Positions 41,813-50,743 of a stretch of DNA of 64,000 nt are shown here, one piece after another. Origin of the DNA: Puniceicoccaceae bacterium (GTDB lineage: Bacteria > Verrucomicrobiota > Verrucomicrobiia > Opitutales > Oceanipulchritudinaceae). The position numbers and the translations under genes are program-made. The DNA is taken from positions 320,001 through 384,000 of the forward strand of contig JBFOMH010000005.1 in the NCBI GenBank assembly GCA_040830765.1. Reading direction: 5' to 3'. The notes under the pieces are model-generated. The model saw only the letters and a program-made list of their open reading frames with translations. It searched no databases and was not told the origin of the DNA. How positions within the stretch are numbered: position 1 is the first letter of the stretch; each line of letters opens with the position of its first letter.

Positions 41813-43282
41813 CTAATACTTGATGCGTTTTCCCTCCTTCAAATTCCCGGAAGACCGAACGATTACCCGATCACCAGGCAACAGGCCGGATTGGATAAAA
41901 GCGTATCCATCACGCTCTTCACCGAGGAGTGCGACCTCGCGCAACGAGGCCCGATTTCCATCGGGGGCGACTACCCAGGTAGAGGCTCTTTGTCCATTCC
42001 GGTCAAACAAGGCAGCCACCGGAACCAGTAACCGGAGGCCGGTTGAGGAACCGGAAACCATGGTTTCTGCAGATGCCTTGACCGGTGTCCCATCCGATCC
42101 TACGACCTTGCTGTCGAGGAAGCGGGCCCGGCAAAGGATCTCCGGACGCAAGGTGGCAGGCGGATTCTCGATTTTCACCTTCACCTGAAGCGTGTTTCTC
42201 TGCAGGTCGGCTTCTCCCACGATGCGCTGGATATAGCCACGCAGCTCCTGTCCGGGAAGGAATTCACTTTCCACGAGGACAGCTTGACCCGGCACCAATC
42301 GGTAAGCCTCGGCAATCGGAACATCAATACGTGCCTGCAGGTGTTCCGGCTGATAAAGTAGTGCCACGGTGGCCGACTCAGGATTGTCCGCCATCAAGAC
42401 CTTTTTCTGACCCGGGGCCACCATCAGGCGCTGGACAATTCCCGTCACCGGGGCCCGGATGACCATGCGGTCATACTCCAGTTTGGCCGTCGCCAGCCTG
42501 ACCTGCGCTTCCTCGACCATGCTTTGCCGGAGTTGCAACTGCCGATCCAGGCGCTCCGTTTCAATTTCCCTTTCCCGCAGTTGAGCCTGCAAGGCGATAA
42601 GGGCCTGTTCCTGGGTCTTCAGGCGGAGCTTGGCCTGGATGATTTCCTGCTCGGCCATAATCTCCGCACCCAGCTCATCGGCCCGCTCTGCAAGGTCAGC
42701 CAGTTCCTGGCGACGCGATTTCGCGACCTCTATCTGCTGCCGCATACTCTCGACGCGGGCACGGGCCAGCTCCTGTTCGCTGGTGGCGGCTTCGAGGGAG
42801 GCTTGCATTGCCTCAAGATTGGCGGCAGCTGTTTGCATCTTCAATTCGGCATCATCCCGGATGAGGGTTGCTATCGGTTCACCAGCTTCAACTGGTTGAC
42901 CTTCAAGGACCTGGACGCTTTCCACGACCCCACTGGCCAGGGCTGTTGCCCGGTATGGGAAGGGATCCGACTCGAACCAACCGGATGCCTGAAACAGGGA
43001 AGCGCTGGCGTAGGCATCGTCGGTTTGCGGGCCTGCACTTGGCGCGGATGCTGTCGGGACCGCTCCCGCCTCCGGCAAAGTCACAACGGTCTCAACCTCT
43101 ACACCCACGGCTGGGAAAAAACGATCTCCAAACAAGAGGAGGAATAGCAGGACTGCCACAGCTGCGAAGAGCCAGGGTGCCTGCTTGATTAGGAGCCGCT
43201 TTAAGTGCGGCTTGCGGGGTGGTTTCGGTGGAGAACTCCCGCTGGGTTGCTTTCGGCTAATTGCCTTTAATTTGTCATCCAT
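41813..43282 (-). CDS. Periplasmic adaptor / membrane fusion protein (HlyD/MacA-like)
   Basis: TM anchor, lipoyl halves ([23 protein letters not shown]), long coiled hairpin, GLLPGDRVI. Confidence 0.92.
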   Translation of the reverse strand: MDDKLKAISRKQPSGSSPPKPPRKPHLKRLLIKQAPWLFAAVAVLLFLLLFGDRFFPAVGVEVETVVTLPEAGAVPTASAPSAGPQTDDAYASASLFQASGWFESDPFPYRATALASGVVESVQVLEGQPVEAGEPIATLIRDDAELKMQTAAANLEAMQASLEAATSEQELARARVESMRQQIEVAKSRRQELADLAERADELGAEIMAEQEIIQAKLRLKTQEQALIALQAQLREREIETERLDRQLQLRQSMVEEAQVRLATAKLEYDRMVIRAPVTGIVQRLMVAPGQKKVLMADNPESATVALLYQPEHLQARIDVPIAEAYRLVPGQAVLVESEFLPGQELRGYIQRIVGEADLQRNTLQVKVKIENPPATLRPEILCRARFLDSKVVGSDGTPVKASAETMVSGSSTGLRLLVPVAALFDRNGQRASTWVVAPDGNRASLREVALLGEERDGYAFIQSGLLPGDRVIVRSSGNLKEGKRIKY

Positions 43283-43288
43283 GATTTA

Positions 43289-43395
43289 TCTGAATAAGGT
43301 GAGCGATTCCTCGAGAATCGTGTACGCGAAACCGCTGCTTGGGCAGCGATTACCTAATACCGGATCCGCCAATTGGCGGCATCCGCTTATTCAGA
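43289..43395 (-). promoter_or_regulatory. Candidate cis-regulatory RNA, four-way junction
   Basis: 10-bp closing stem TCTGAATAAG/CTTATTCAGA enclosing three hairpins (43304-43320, 43333-43348, 43361-43385). Confidence 0.65.
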
Positions 43396-43400
43396 CTGGA

Positions 43401-43793
43401 TCACAAATTCCAGCTGGACAGAAAAGCTCTCGGTGGAGCGTTCGGCAGAAAGTGTCCCTCTTCGAAGATCCGGGTCTCTCCATCATCAAGAATCGACTGA
43501 GCCGGCATCAGGCTCTTGGCGGGTATCGGTGTCAGGTGCAGGATAGTTCCATTCCACAGTTCTTTAACCTGTTCGCTGGTACCTTCAGCTGGCATTTCCC
43601 CGGTGACACAGCACGGACAAACATGGCCATCTGATCCACAACCGGTTGTCAGTGGCTCTTCCTCAATGGGCATGCTACAGCAACTCTTGACCGGTTCCGG
43701 CTCACAATCTGACGAATTGCACAATGGCTGAATGCCCCAGACCTGTGTCTGGAGTAGGGCCATCAGGATTGTCACTGTGCGCAACATCATCAT
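43401..43793 (-). CDS. Small secreted Cys-rich protein, candidate DUF2946/CutF-like leader
   Basis: Signal-like N-terminus; C..C..CC..C..HVCPCC; C-terminus HFLPNAPPRAFLSSWNL; AGGAG upstream of ATGATGATG. Confidence 0.7.
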   Translation of the reverse strand: MMMLRTVTILMALLQTQVWGIQPLCNSSDCEPEPVKSCCSMPIEEEPLTTGCGSDGHVCPCCVTGEMPAEGTSEQVKELWNGTILHLTPIPAKSLMPAQSILDDGETRIFEEGHFLPNAPPRAFLSSWNL

Positions 43794-43905
43794 TTTGCTC
43801 CTATATTTTACAGGAATTGTCAAGGTGGAGCCCGGTTTTGGATAGCTATTGGCCAAACTCCCTGCTAAAATGAGCATCTGTCAGCTTGATTTATTCCATC
43901 ATTTG

Positions 43906-44697
43906 ATGATCCGGATTCCGACAGTTCAATTGACCGGGCTCATTGCCGGTGCGATAGCCGCCCTTCTTGGGGGCTGCGAAACGACGGAAGTCAACAGGGC
44001 CCCGCAGATTGTCAACGCCCCCGTACTAGATTATCCAGCTGGGGCCATCATGCAACTGGAAGAAGGTGTCGTCGTTGTTCGCTTCAAGGTCATGGAGGAT
44101 GGTACAACGGGCGATTTCAATCTTCGCCAGTCCTCTGGTTCCGACCTTCTGGACCAGGAGGGCCTCGCTTTTGTACGGCGATTGGAATGCGAACCGGCCA
44201 TCGTCAACGGCAATCCTGCCGTGGCCTGGGTGGACCAGAGCGTGGTCTTCGATATCGTCAGGAATCATGTCGATCCTGTGGAATGGAGCTCCAGTACCAT
44301 TGACCTCGTTCACCAATTGGATGACAGCCAATCGGATTATCAGTTGGGCCTGGAAGAGCGCTTATACAAAAAGTGCGGGGACTACATGAGTTCCATCATA
44401 ACCCGCCCAAACCTCGTCCTCTACCACTACGCTCTCGATCTGGTCTCGGATTCGGTTCGGGAACGCTGGGCGGTTTATGGCGACACTTTCCCCATGAGCT
44501 TCCTCATGTTTGATGACTTTGTAACCCGCTTGACCGGGTCACAACTGATGGACCGCGCCCGGACACAGTTGATATGGGCCCTCGAGGTTGACATACAGCG
44601 CATAGATGACCGCACCGTCGAAGAAGTGGATCCCTCGCTTCAACAGCTTAAAAAGGACCTTCAGGCCTACTTGGAAGTCATTACAAGCGCCACTTGA
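43906..44697 (+). CDS. Lipoprotein with TonB C-terminal domain
   Basis: Lipobox LLGGC; YPAGA...EGVVVVRF.V.EDG...SSG..LLD...PA.VNG..V. Confidence 0.8.
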   Translation: MIRIPTVQLTGLIAGAIAALLGGCETTEVNRAPQIVNAPVLDYPAGAIMQLEEGVVVVRFKVMEDGTTGDFNLRQSSGSDLLDQEGLAFVRRLECEPAIVNGNPAVAWVDQSVVFDIVRNHVDPVEWSSSTIDLVHQLDDSQSDYQLGLEERLYKKCGDYMSSIITRPNLVLYHYALDLVSDSVRERWAVYGDTFPMSFLMFDDFVTRLTGSQLMDRARTQLIWALEVDIQRIDDRTVEEVDPSLQQLKKDLQAYLEVITSAT

Positions 44698-44729
44698 GGA
44701 GCTTTTTCAAATCCCCCCTCAAAAACCCA

Positions 44730-44759
44730 TTGACAAGCCTTTCCCCTCCCCCCTTATTT
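44730..44759 (+). promoter_or_regulatory. Promoter of tRNA-Asn
   Basis: Consensus TTGACA at 44730-44735 with AT-rich -10 region near 44754-44759. Confidence 0.5.
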
Positions 44760-44780
44760 CTCGTTTTCCACTGGAAAAGT

Positions 44781-44855
44781 TGCTCAGTAGCTCAGTGGTA
44801 GAGCAGGTGGCTGTTAACCACTTGGTCGCAGGTTCGAATCCTGCCTGAGCAGCCA
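44781..44855 (+). tRNA. tRNA-Asn (GTT)
   Basis: TGCTCAGTAGCTCAGTGGTAGAGCAGGTGGCT-GTT-AACCACTTGGTCGCAGGTTCGAATCCTGCCTGAGCAGCCA. Confidence 0.97.
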
Positions 44856-44864
44856 TTATCTTTT

Positions 44865-44893
44865 AGCGTGTCTCTGTCGGGGCGCGTTTTTTT
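44865..44893 (+). terminator. Terminator after tRNA-Asn
   Basis: AGCGTGTCTC..GGGGCGCGTT (G-U-rich stem) followed by a T run. Confidence 0.6.
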
Positions 44894-45026
44894 GTGCTCA
44901 GTGGTAGAGACTCTGCAATATCCCGAATAATGTCTAGAAATCAGTTGCCTGAGTCGCCGAGACCTAACAGCCGGTATCACGCCTTGACTCGGGCAAGGGC
45001 ATGGGATTGCCTGCAAGCTCTCTCTG

Positions 45027-45893
45027 ATGATTGTACAAATCCTGCTCCCTCTCATTCTCGCGTTCATCATGTTCTCCCTCGGGCTCGGCCTGACGAAGGG
45101 AGACTTTGCCCGGGTGCTCCAGTTCCCGAAGGCCTTTGCGATGGGGATCACCAACCAGTTGGTCCTGCTTCCGCTGATTGCCTTCGGTTTGATCAAGGCG
45201 TTTGGTTTCACCGGTGACATGGCTGTTGGCATTATGATCCTCTCCTTTTGCCCTGGCGGGGTGACCTCCAACGTGCTGACAAAAGTTGCCCGTGGAAATA
45301 CGCCCCTTTCGATCTCCTTGACGGCAGTGGTCAGCCTGACATCCATTGTGACGGTGCCCATTCTGGTGGTCCTTTCCGTGGACTACTTCATGGGTGTGGA
45401 TGCCCCCGAGGTGAATATTCACCGACTGGGCTTCACGATGTTTCTCATCACTGCCCTTCCCGTTCTCCTCGGCATGCTCTTGACCGCCAAGAAGCCCGCT
45501 CTGGTGGACCGGATCGCCAATGGTGTTTCGAAGGCTGCCATGGTGCTGTTTGTCCTCATCATCGCTGCCGCCTTGGCCAAGAACTGGGATGTCTTCTACG
45601 GCAACCTGCCAGCGCTGGGTGAGGCCTTGGTATTGTTGAATGTCATCATGCTGGCCCTTGGGCTGATGACCGCCTATGCCGCTAAGCTGGGTCCTGCCGA
45701 TGCGACGACCATTTCCATCGAATCGGGCGTGCAGAACGGCACGCTCGGCATTGCCATTGGTTCGCTTCTTGTTCTCAACGCAACCGAGGCCCTGCCACCG
45801 ACAACTGTGCCTGCGGCTGTTTACAGCATCATCATGTATGCCGTCTCCCTCCCCTTCGTCTTCTGGCGCCGAAAAAGAGCAGCCTCCCATTAA
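45027..45893 (+). CDS. Bile acid:sodium symporter (BASS) family transporter
   Basis: IMFSLGLGL, CPGGVTSN, SIESGVQNGTL; multiple TM helices. Confidence 0.92.
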   Translation: MIVQILLPLILAFIMFSLGLGLTKGDFARVLQFPKAFAMGITNQLVLLPLIAFGLIKAFGFTGDMAVGIMILSFCPGGVTSNVLTKVARGNTPLSISLTAVVSLTSIVTVPILVVLSVDYFMGVDAPEVNIHRLGFTMFLITALPVLLGMLLTAKKPALVDRIANGVSKAAMVLFVLIIAAALAKNWDVFYGNLPALGEALVLLNVIMLALGLMTAYAAKLGPADATTISIESGVQNGTLGIAIGSLLVLNATEALPPTTVPAAVYSIIMYAVSLPFVFWRRKRAASH

Positions 45894-46843
45894 TTCCCGG
45901 CGAGCAACTGCGACCGATGTTCGCTCGGGGAGACTCCCCTGACCCGCTTGAAGGCTGAACTAAGCGCAAAGGCGCTACTGTAGCCGACCTGCTCGGCAAT
46001 CTCTTCCAGCGTGGCCGCTGGCTCGGAAAGCAGGTCCGCGGCCAAGGCTAGTCGCCACTGGGTCAGGAAGGTCATGGGCGGCTCGCCGACAACCTCATTG
46101 AAGCGACGCGCGAGGGCAGCCCGGGACAACCCGACCTTGGCCGCGAGCGAATCCAATGTCCATGCGTGGGCCGGGTCCTGGTGCAGCATCTTCAAAACGC
46201 GGCTGATAACCTGATCGCCCTTGGCCTGATACCAGGGGGAATTCTTTGTCTCATTGGCTTCGAGCCACTTCCTGAGGATGGCGATAAGTAACATATCAAG
46301 GAGGCGGTCCAGCACCGCCGCCTGCCCGGGGGCATCCCGTTCCATCTCGACATTCAACCAGTCGATCAATGGGGATTCCCAATCTTCCTTTTTCACCCAG
46401 AGGATCGGCGGGAGGATATTGCGCAGCCGGTCACTGACAGCTGTCTTGGATTCATAACTCCCGATCAACATCAAGGAGGGAGCATCCGGATCGTTGCCCC
46501 AGGTCCGCACGCCAAGCATCATCTCGTCATGGAGCGAACGCCCGTCCGGCGCGCGGCAGTCCTGTCCCGGCAACACGAAAATGGTGGGCTCGGTGTCCGG
46601 GTGATCGGCGATTGTATAATCACCCGGTGCCCGGGTAATGGCTACATCGCCCGGCTCCAGCCAGACGGATTCTCCGTTGTCATGTGCGATATGGCAGCGA
46701 CCGCGGACCATGGCAATCAGGGTCAGGGGCGAATCCGCCTCGATACGCAAGCTCCAAGGGGAGGCCATTAAACCCCTCAGGGTAAAGGCTCCGCGGGCCC
46801 GGGGCCCCTCCAGCAAGCCGCTGAATTCGTCGATTTCCTTCAT
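45890..46843 (-). CDS. AraC-family regulator with cupin_6-type N-terminal domain
   Basis: WTLDSLAAKVGLSRAALARRF..VGEPP; VGYSSAFALSSAFKR. Confidence 0.93.
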   Translation of the reverse strand: MKEIDEFSGLLEGPRARGAFTLRGLMASPWSLRIEADSPLTLIAMVRGRCHIAHDNGESVWLEPGDVAITRAPGDYTIADHPDTEPTIFVLPGQDCRAPDGRSLHDEMMLGVRTWGNDPDAPSLMLIGSYESKTAVSDRLRNILPPILWVKKEDWESPLIDWLNVEMERDAPGQAAVLDRLLDMLLIAILRKWLEANETKNSPWYQAKGDQVISRVLKMLHQDPAHAWTLDSLAAKVGLSRAALARRFNEVVGEPPMTFLTQWRLALAADLLSEPAATLEEIAEQVGYSSAFALSSAFKRVRGVSPSEHRSQLLAGN

Positions 46844-46918
46844 ATGAGACGATTTCGTATGTTGTTGAGCATCGGGGCTATGGTCTGGCTGGTCGTTAGG
46901 TTGTAAAGTCTAGGCACT

Positions 46919-47770
46919 ATGACAAATACAACTCAAACCAACAAAGATCAAATCGACCCGACGGTTCTCGTCATCGGGGCAAAAGGTAAAACCGGACGCC
47001 ACGTGGCCGGGAAACTGCGGGCCGCCAATATTAATGTCAAGGCCGCCTCACGGTCGGACGAGACCCACTTCGACTGGGATGACATCTCCACTTGGGCGCC
47101 TGCCCTGTCGGGGACAACCGGTGCCTACATCACGGTCTATCCCGACCTTTCGTTCCCGGGAGTGGCCGACAAGATTGAGGCCTTTGCCAAGCTGGCAGTC
47201 GAACTCGGCACCAAGCGCCTGGTTCTGCTTTCAGGTCGCGGCGAAGAAGGTGCCCGGGATGCTGAAAACCGCCTGAAAAATTCCGGTGCCGAGTGGGTCA
47301 TTGTCCGCTGCTCGGTCTTCAACCAGAATTTCAGCGAGTCGTTCCAGGAAGCCATCAAGCACGGTCACCTATCAATGCCGGTCGGGGAGATCCAGGAGCC
47401 GTTCATTGATACCGAGGATATCGCGGATGTTGCGGTAGCGGCCTTTCTGGATGAAAAGCATATCGGGCAAGTCTACGAGCTGTCAGGTCCCCGGCTCTTG
47501 TCCATGGAAGACGTGGCCAGGGATTTGACTAATGCTCTTGGTCGCCCGGTCGTTTTCAAATCGGTCTCGGTTGAGGCATATGCCCAGGAACTGGTTCAGC
47601 ACGGATTTTCGGAGGAAGAATCCCTGCCGGTGGCAGAGCTCATCGCGGATGTCCTCGATGGACGCAATGCCTACCTTGTTGATGGAGTCCAGCTGGCCCT
47701 TGGCCGCGCACCCAAGGACTTTGCTGATTATGCGCGGGATGCTGCCACAGCAGGTGTCTGGGACCTCTAA
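46919..47770 (+). CDS. NmrA-like NAD(P)-binding protein
   Basis: VIGAKGKTG, FDWDD..TW, LLSGRGE, PFIDTEDIADV. Confidence 0.88.
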   Translation: MTNTTQTNKDQIDPTVLVIGAKGKTGRHVAGKLRAANINVKAASRSDETHFDWDDISTWAPALSGTTGAYITVYPDLSFPGVADKIEAFAKLAVELGTKRLVLLSGRGEEGARDAENRLKNSGAEWVIVRCSVFNQNFSESFQEAIKHGHLSMPVGEIQEPFIDTEDIADVAVAAFLDEKHIGQVYELSGPRLLSMEDVARDLTNALGRPVVFKSVSVEAYAQELVQHGFSEEESLPVAELIADVLDGRNAYLVDGVQLALGRAPKDFADYARDAATAGVWDL

Positions 47771-47783
47771 CAGGAGAAAAATC

Positions 47784-48260
47784 ATGAATACATTGATGCA
47801 ACTACTCGTCCTTCTCGCTCTTCTCGGTTCAGGCCTCATGGCCGGGGTGTTATACGCCTTCTCGGGCTCCGTCATGGCAGCCCTCGGGAGCATTCCGTCT
47901 GCAGAGGGCATCCGTGCCATGCAGGCAATCAACAAAACCATTCTCAATCCCTTGTTCCTGGGCTCCTTCATCGGGACGGCGGTTGTTTCCGCAGTTCTGG
48001 TCGTCTTTAGTCTATTGGGCCACCTCGGGGACAGTGCTCCGTGGGTCATGGCCGCCTCCCTCCTTTACGTCGTCGGAACCTTTATTGTTACGGCGGCAGG
48101 GAACGTCCCCATGAACGATAAACTCGATACAATGGACCCGGAAACAAGGGATGCCTACTGGCGGATTTACCTCCGTCGCTGGACGCGTCTGAACCACTTC
48201 AGGACGCTTTGCGCCATCACGGCCTGCGCCCTATTCGCCATCTCGCTCATGCAAAACTAA
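47784..48260 (+). CDS. DUF1772 (anthrone oxygenase-like) membrane protein
   Basis: GLMAG..YAFS..VM.AL, MQAIN, NVPMN..L, WTRLNHFRT. Confidence 0.88.
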   Translation: MNTLMQLLVLLALLGSGLMAGVLYAFSGSVMAALGSIPSAEGIRAMQAINKTILNPLFLGSFIGTAVVSAVLVVFSLLGHLGDSAPWVMAASLLYVVGTFIVTAAGNVPMNDKLDTMDPETRDAYWRIYLRRWTRLNHFRTLCAITACALFAISLMQN

Positions 48261-48682
48261 TGGATAAACCAATGAACAAAAAAGACATCATCAACACATT
48301 CATCAATGAAGCATTCAACCTTGGAAACACTGCCGTCATCAACGAATTGGTGCACCAGGAATACTACTACACGTCACCGTCCGACGAATTGAATGGAACA
48401 GCTGAGCTGGCAGCTTTCGTTTCCGCTCTTCGCGAAGCATTCCCGGACCTTTCGGTCAAGGTCGTCGACCAGGTCGAGGAAACGGACAAGGTCTGCACGC
48501 GCCTGACCATAGAGGGCACGCACCTGGGCCCTTTCCTGGATATCCCCGCAAGCGGTAACTCCATCAACATCGAGGGAGTTGTCTTCAGTCGCTTCAAGGA
48601 CGGCCTCATTCACGAGGAGTGGGAACTGCTCGATCAGTATAACTTCCTCTCCCAGTTAGGTGTCATCCCGAGTTTGGGCTGA
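48260..48682 (+). CDS. SnoaL-like ester cyclase family protein
   Basis: AFPDL, GTHLGPFLDIPASG, F.DG.I.EEW, QLG. Confidence 0.88.
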   Translation: MDKPMNKKDIINTFINEAFNLGNTAVINELVHQEYYYTSPSDELNGTAELAAFVSALREAFPDLSVKVVDQVEETDKVCTRLTIEGTHLGPFLDIPASGNSINIEGVVFSRFKDGLIHEEWELLDQYNFLSQLGVIPSLG

Positions 48683-48700
48683 CCCTACCGTTGTTGTTTC

Positions 48701-49264
48701 TCAGATAAACTCGGAGACGATGTCCACTGTCGGCGAGGCGATAACCACTTTCTCCACCAGCAGGCCCTTTTTGGCGATGACCTTGGCCCCGGCATCGACC
48801 GCAGCGGTAACTGCCGCCACATCACCGGTCAGGGTGACAAAGGCCTTCCCGCCGATGGCCATGGCAAGGTGGATGGTGACCAGCTTCACATTGGCGGACT
48901 TGACCGCGATATCGGCAGCCTCGATGACGGAGGTCACACTGAAGCCCTCAATGACCCCAAGGGCCCCAATTTCCGGCATGTGGGTCACTCCGCTGATCGC
49001 CGGAAAGACATCGGGATGGACATTGGCAATGACGAAGTGGTCCACACAGGTGTGGGCGGCCGCCAGTACGCCAGCATCAATACTGGCGTTGACGGCAGAT
49101 ACAGAGCCCCCGATGAGGATCATGTACTTGCCCGGACAGATTGTCCGGTTGACGATAATTTCCACATCCGCGGCCTTCATGATCGCATCCGCGGCATAAA
49201 TCCCGCGGGCAATACTGGAGGTTTCCACCAGGCCGACTGCATTCCCTTTTTGTTTCAGGTTCAT
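48701..49264 (-). CDS. Tandem-domain BMC shell protein, PduT-like
   Basis: Two BMC domains (AADAIMKAADV; AADIAVKSANV..GGK..TGDVAAV) and ICPGKY Fe-S-binding Cys. Confidence 0.9.
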   Translation of the reverse strand: MNLKQKGNAVGLVETSSIARGIYAADAIMKAADVEIIVNRTICPGKYMILIGGSVSAVNASIDAGVLAAAHTCVDHFVIANVHPDVFPAISGVTHMPEIGALGVIEGFSVTSVIEAADIAVKSANVKLVTIHLAMAIGGKAFVTLTGDVAAVTAAVDAGAKVIAKKGLLVEKVVIASPTVDIVSEFI

Positions 49265-49286
49265 CTTAAATGGTTTCTCTTGGGGT

Positions 49287-50630
49287 TCAGGCTGAAATAG
49301 TCACGCTGGATGCAGAGACGGCGGTTACCCGTCCGGATATGCCTGTGTGAACCGGACAGCCGAGCTGGTCCTGCGGAGTCACACCGACCGCATCGCCCGC
49401 TTTCACCATCTCGCCAACCGACACGGTGGCCTCGGCCGGCGCTCCGATATGTTGGCGGAGCGGAATGGTCACGGAAGCCGGCTTGAGGGCGGTTTCCACA
49501 AAACCGGCATGGCGGTCATAGGGCTTCAATCCCAAGCGGGTATATAGAGTACCAATGGGAATCTCCCTCCCCTCGCGGGCTGGATGAATGCCCCGAACCA
49601 ATTGCTCAAGCTCCTCACTGGTCCGGCTGGTGCGGCTCTCCTTCAGAAGGGCCTTCGCATCGACGCACATGTTTTTCGGATCCAGGTGTTCCGGGCAGGC
49701 AATCAGGGAGCAGATATTGCATTCGCAGCAGAACTGCGCCCACAGGCTCAAGCGCTGCTTGGCCTCGCCGGTCATGAGAAGGTTGCGCATGACCTTGTGG
49801 GGCTCGATGGGATAGCCCATAAGGTAGCGGGGACAAAGTTCCGTGCAGAGCGAACACTGGTCGCACTGCCCATGACCGATCCGGGTGTAGGTTTCCTTTC
49901 CGGCAGTCTTGCGCTGCACTAGGTAATGGTCCGGCGGCAGGACAATCAGGCCCCCGATCGTCTTGGTAATCGGTGCCTGCAGATCCTCCGTCCAGCCACC
50001 CATCATTACGCCGCCCGTCAGAATGACGGGATTCTCGCAGGTCAGGCCACCGGCCTGCTCTATGCAGTCGATGATGGATGTCCCTAACGGTACCTTTATG
50101 GTCTGCGGTTCCTTGACTTCCCCGGTTACCGTGAGCCATTTCTCAAAGACAGGAATTCCCTGCGCGGCCTTGGCCACGTTGACGATGGTCTCGACGTTAT
50201 CGACGACGCAACCGACGTCGAGTGGCAGGCCCCCCGGCGGTATCAAACGCCCGCTGACGGCATGAACAAGGACGTATTCATCGCCCGCCGGGTAGACGTT
50301 CGGGTAAACCAGGGACTCAAACCCGTGGGCGTCCATCATGGTCTGAAGGACATCGACGACGTCGGCATTCTTCTCCTTGACGCAGACCGTCACGACCTCT
50401 GCCCCGGTAACCGCTTTCATGACCGCCAGTCCTTCAATGAAGAGCCGAGCCTCTTCCAGCATGACCGTCCGGTCCTTGTAGAGCAACGGCTCACACTCGG
50501 CCCCGTTGGCAATCAAATGCTCAATCTTGGCGTCCAGCTTCTTAAAGGTCGGAAACCCGGCCCCTCCGGCACCGACCACACCAGCCTGCCGTATCTTGTC
50601 CAGTAGTTTCCTTCGCTCAGTATCAGTCAT
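49287..50630 (-). CDS. PduS/RnfC-like flavin Fe-S oxidoreductase
   Basis: GVVGAGGAGFPT, NGAECEPLL, YPAGDE, SLBB, CDQCSLCTELCP, CCECNICSLIACP, QHIGAPA. Confidence 0.9.
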   Translation of the reverse strand: MTDTERRKLLDKIRQAGVVGAGGAGFPTFKKLDAKIEHLIANGAECEPLLYKDRTVMLEEARLFIEGLAVMKAVTGAEVVTVCVKEKNADVVDVLQTMMDAHGFESLVYPNVYPAGDEYVLVHAVSGRLIPPGGLPLDVGCVVDNVETIVNVAKAAQGIPVFEKWLTVTGEVKEPQTIKVPLGTSIIDCIEQAGGLTCENPVILTGGVMMGGWTEDLQAPITKTIGGLIVLPPDHYLVQRKTAGKETYTRIGHGQCDQCSLCTELCPRYLMGYPIEPHKVMRNLLMTGEAKQRLSLWAQFCCECNICSLIACPEHLDPKNMCVDAKALLKESRTSRTSEELEQLVRGIHPAREGREIPIGTLYTRLGLKPYDRHAGFVETALKPASVTIPLRQHIGAPAEATVSVGEMVKAGDAVGVTPQDQLGCPVHTGISGRVTAVSASSVTISA

Positions 50631-50743
50631 CCGAAAATCCTTCTGAAGTCAGTAGGTCATTATCCCAGCCTGTGGCAGGATAATGCGAACCTTATTTTCA
50701 TGGGCAGCGGACCTCCCACCAGTGGACAGCCGCGAGGACGTCT

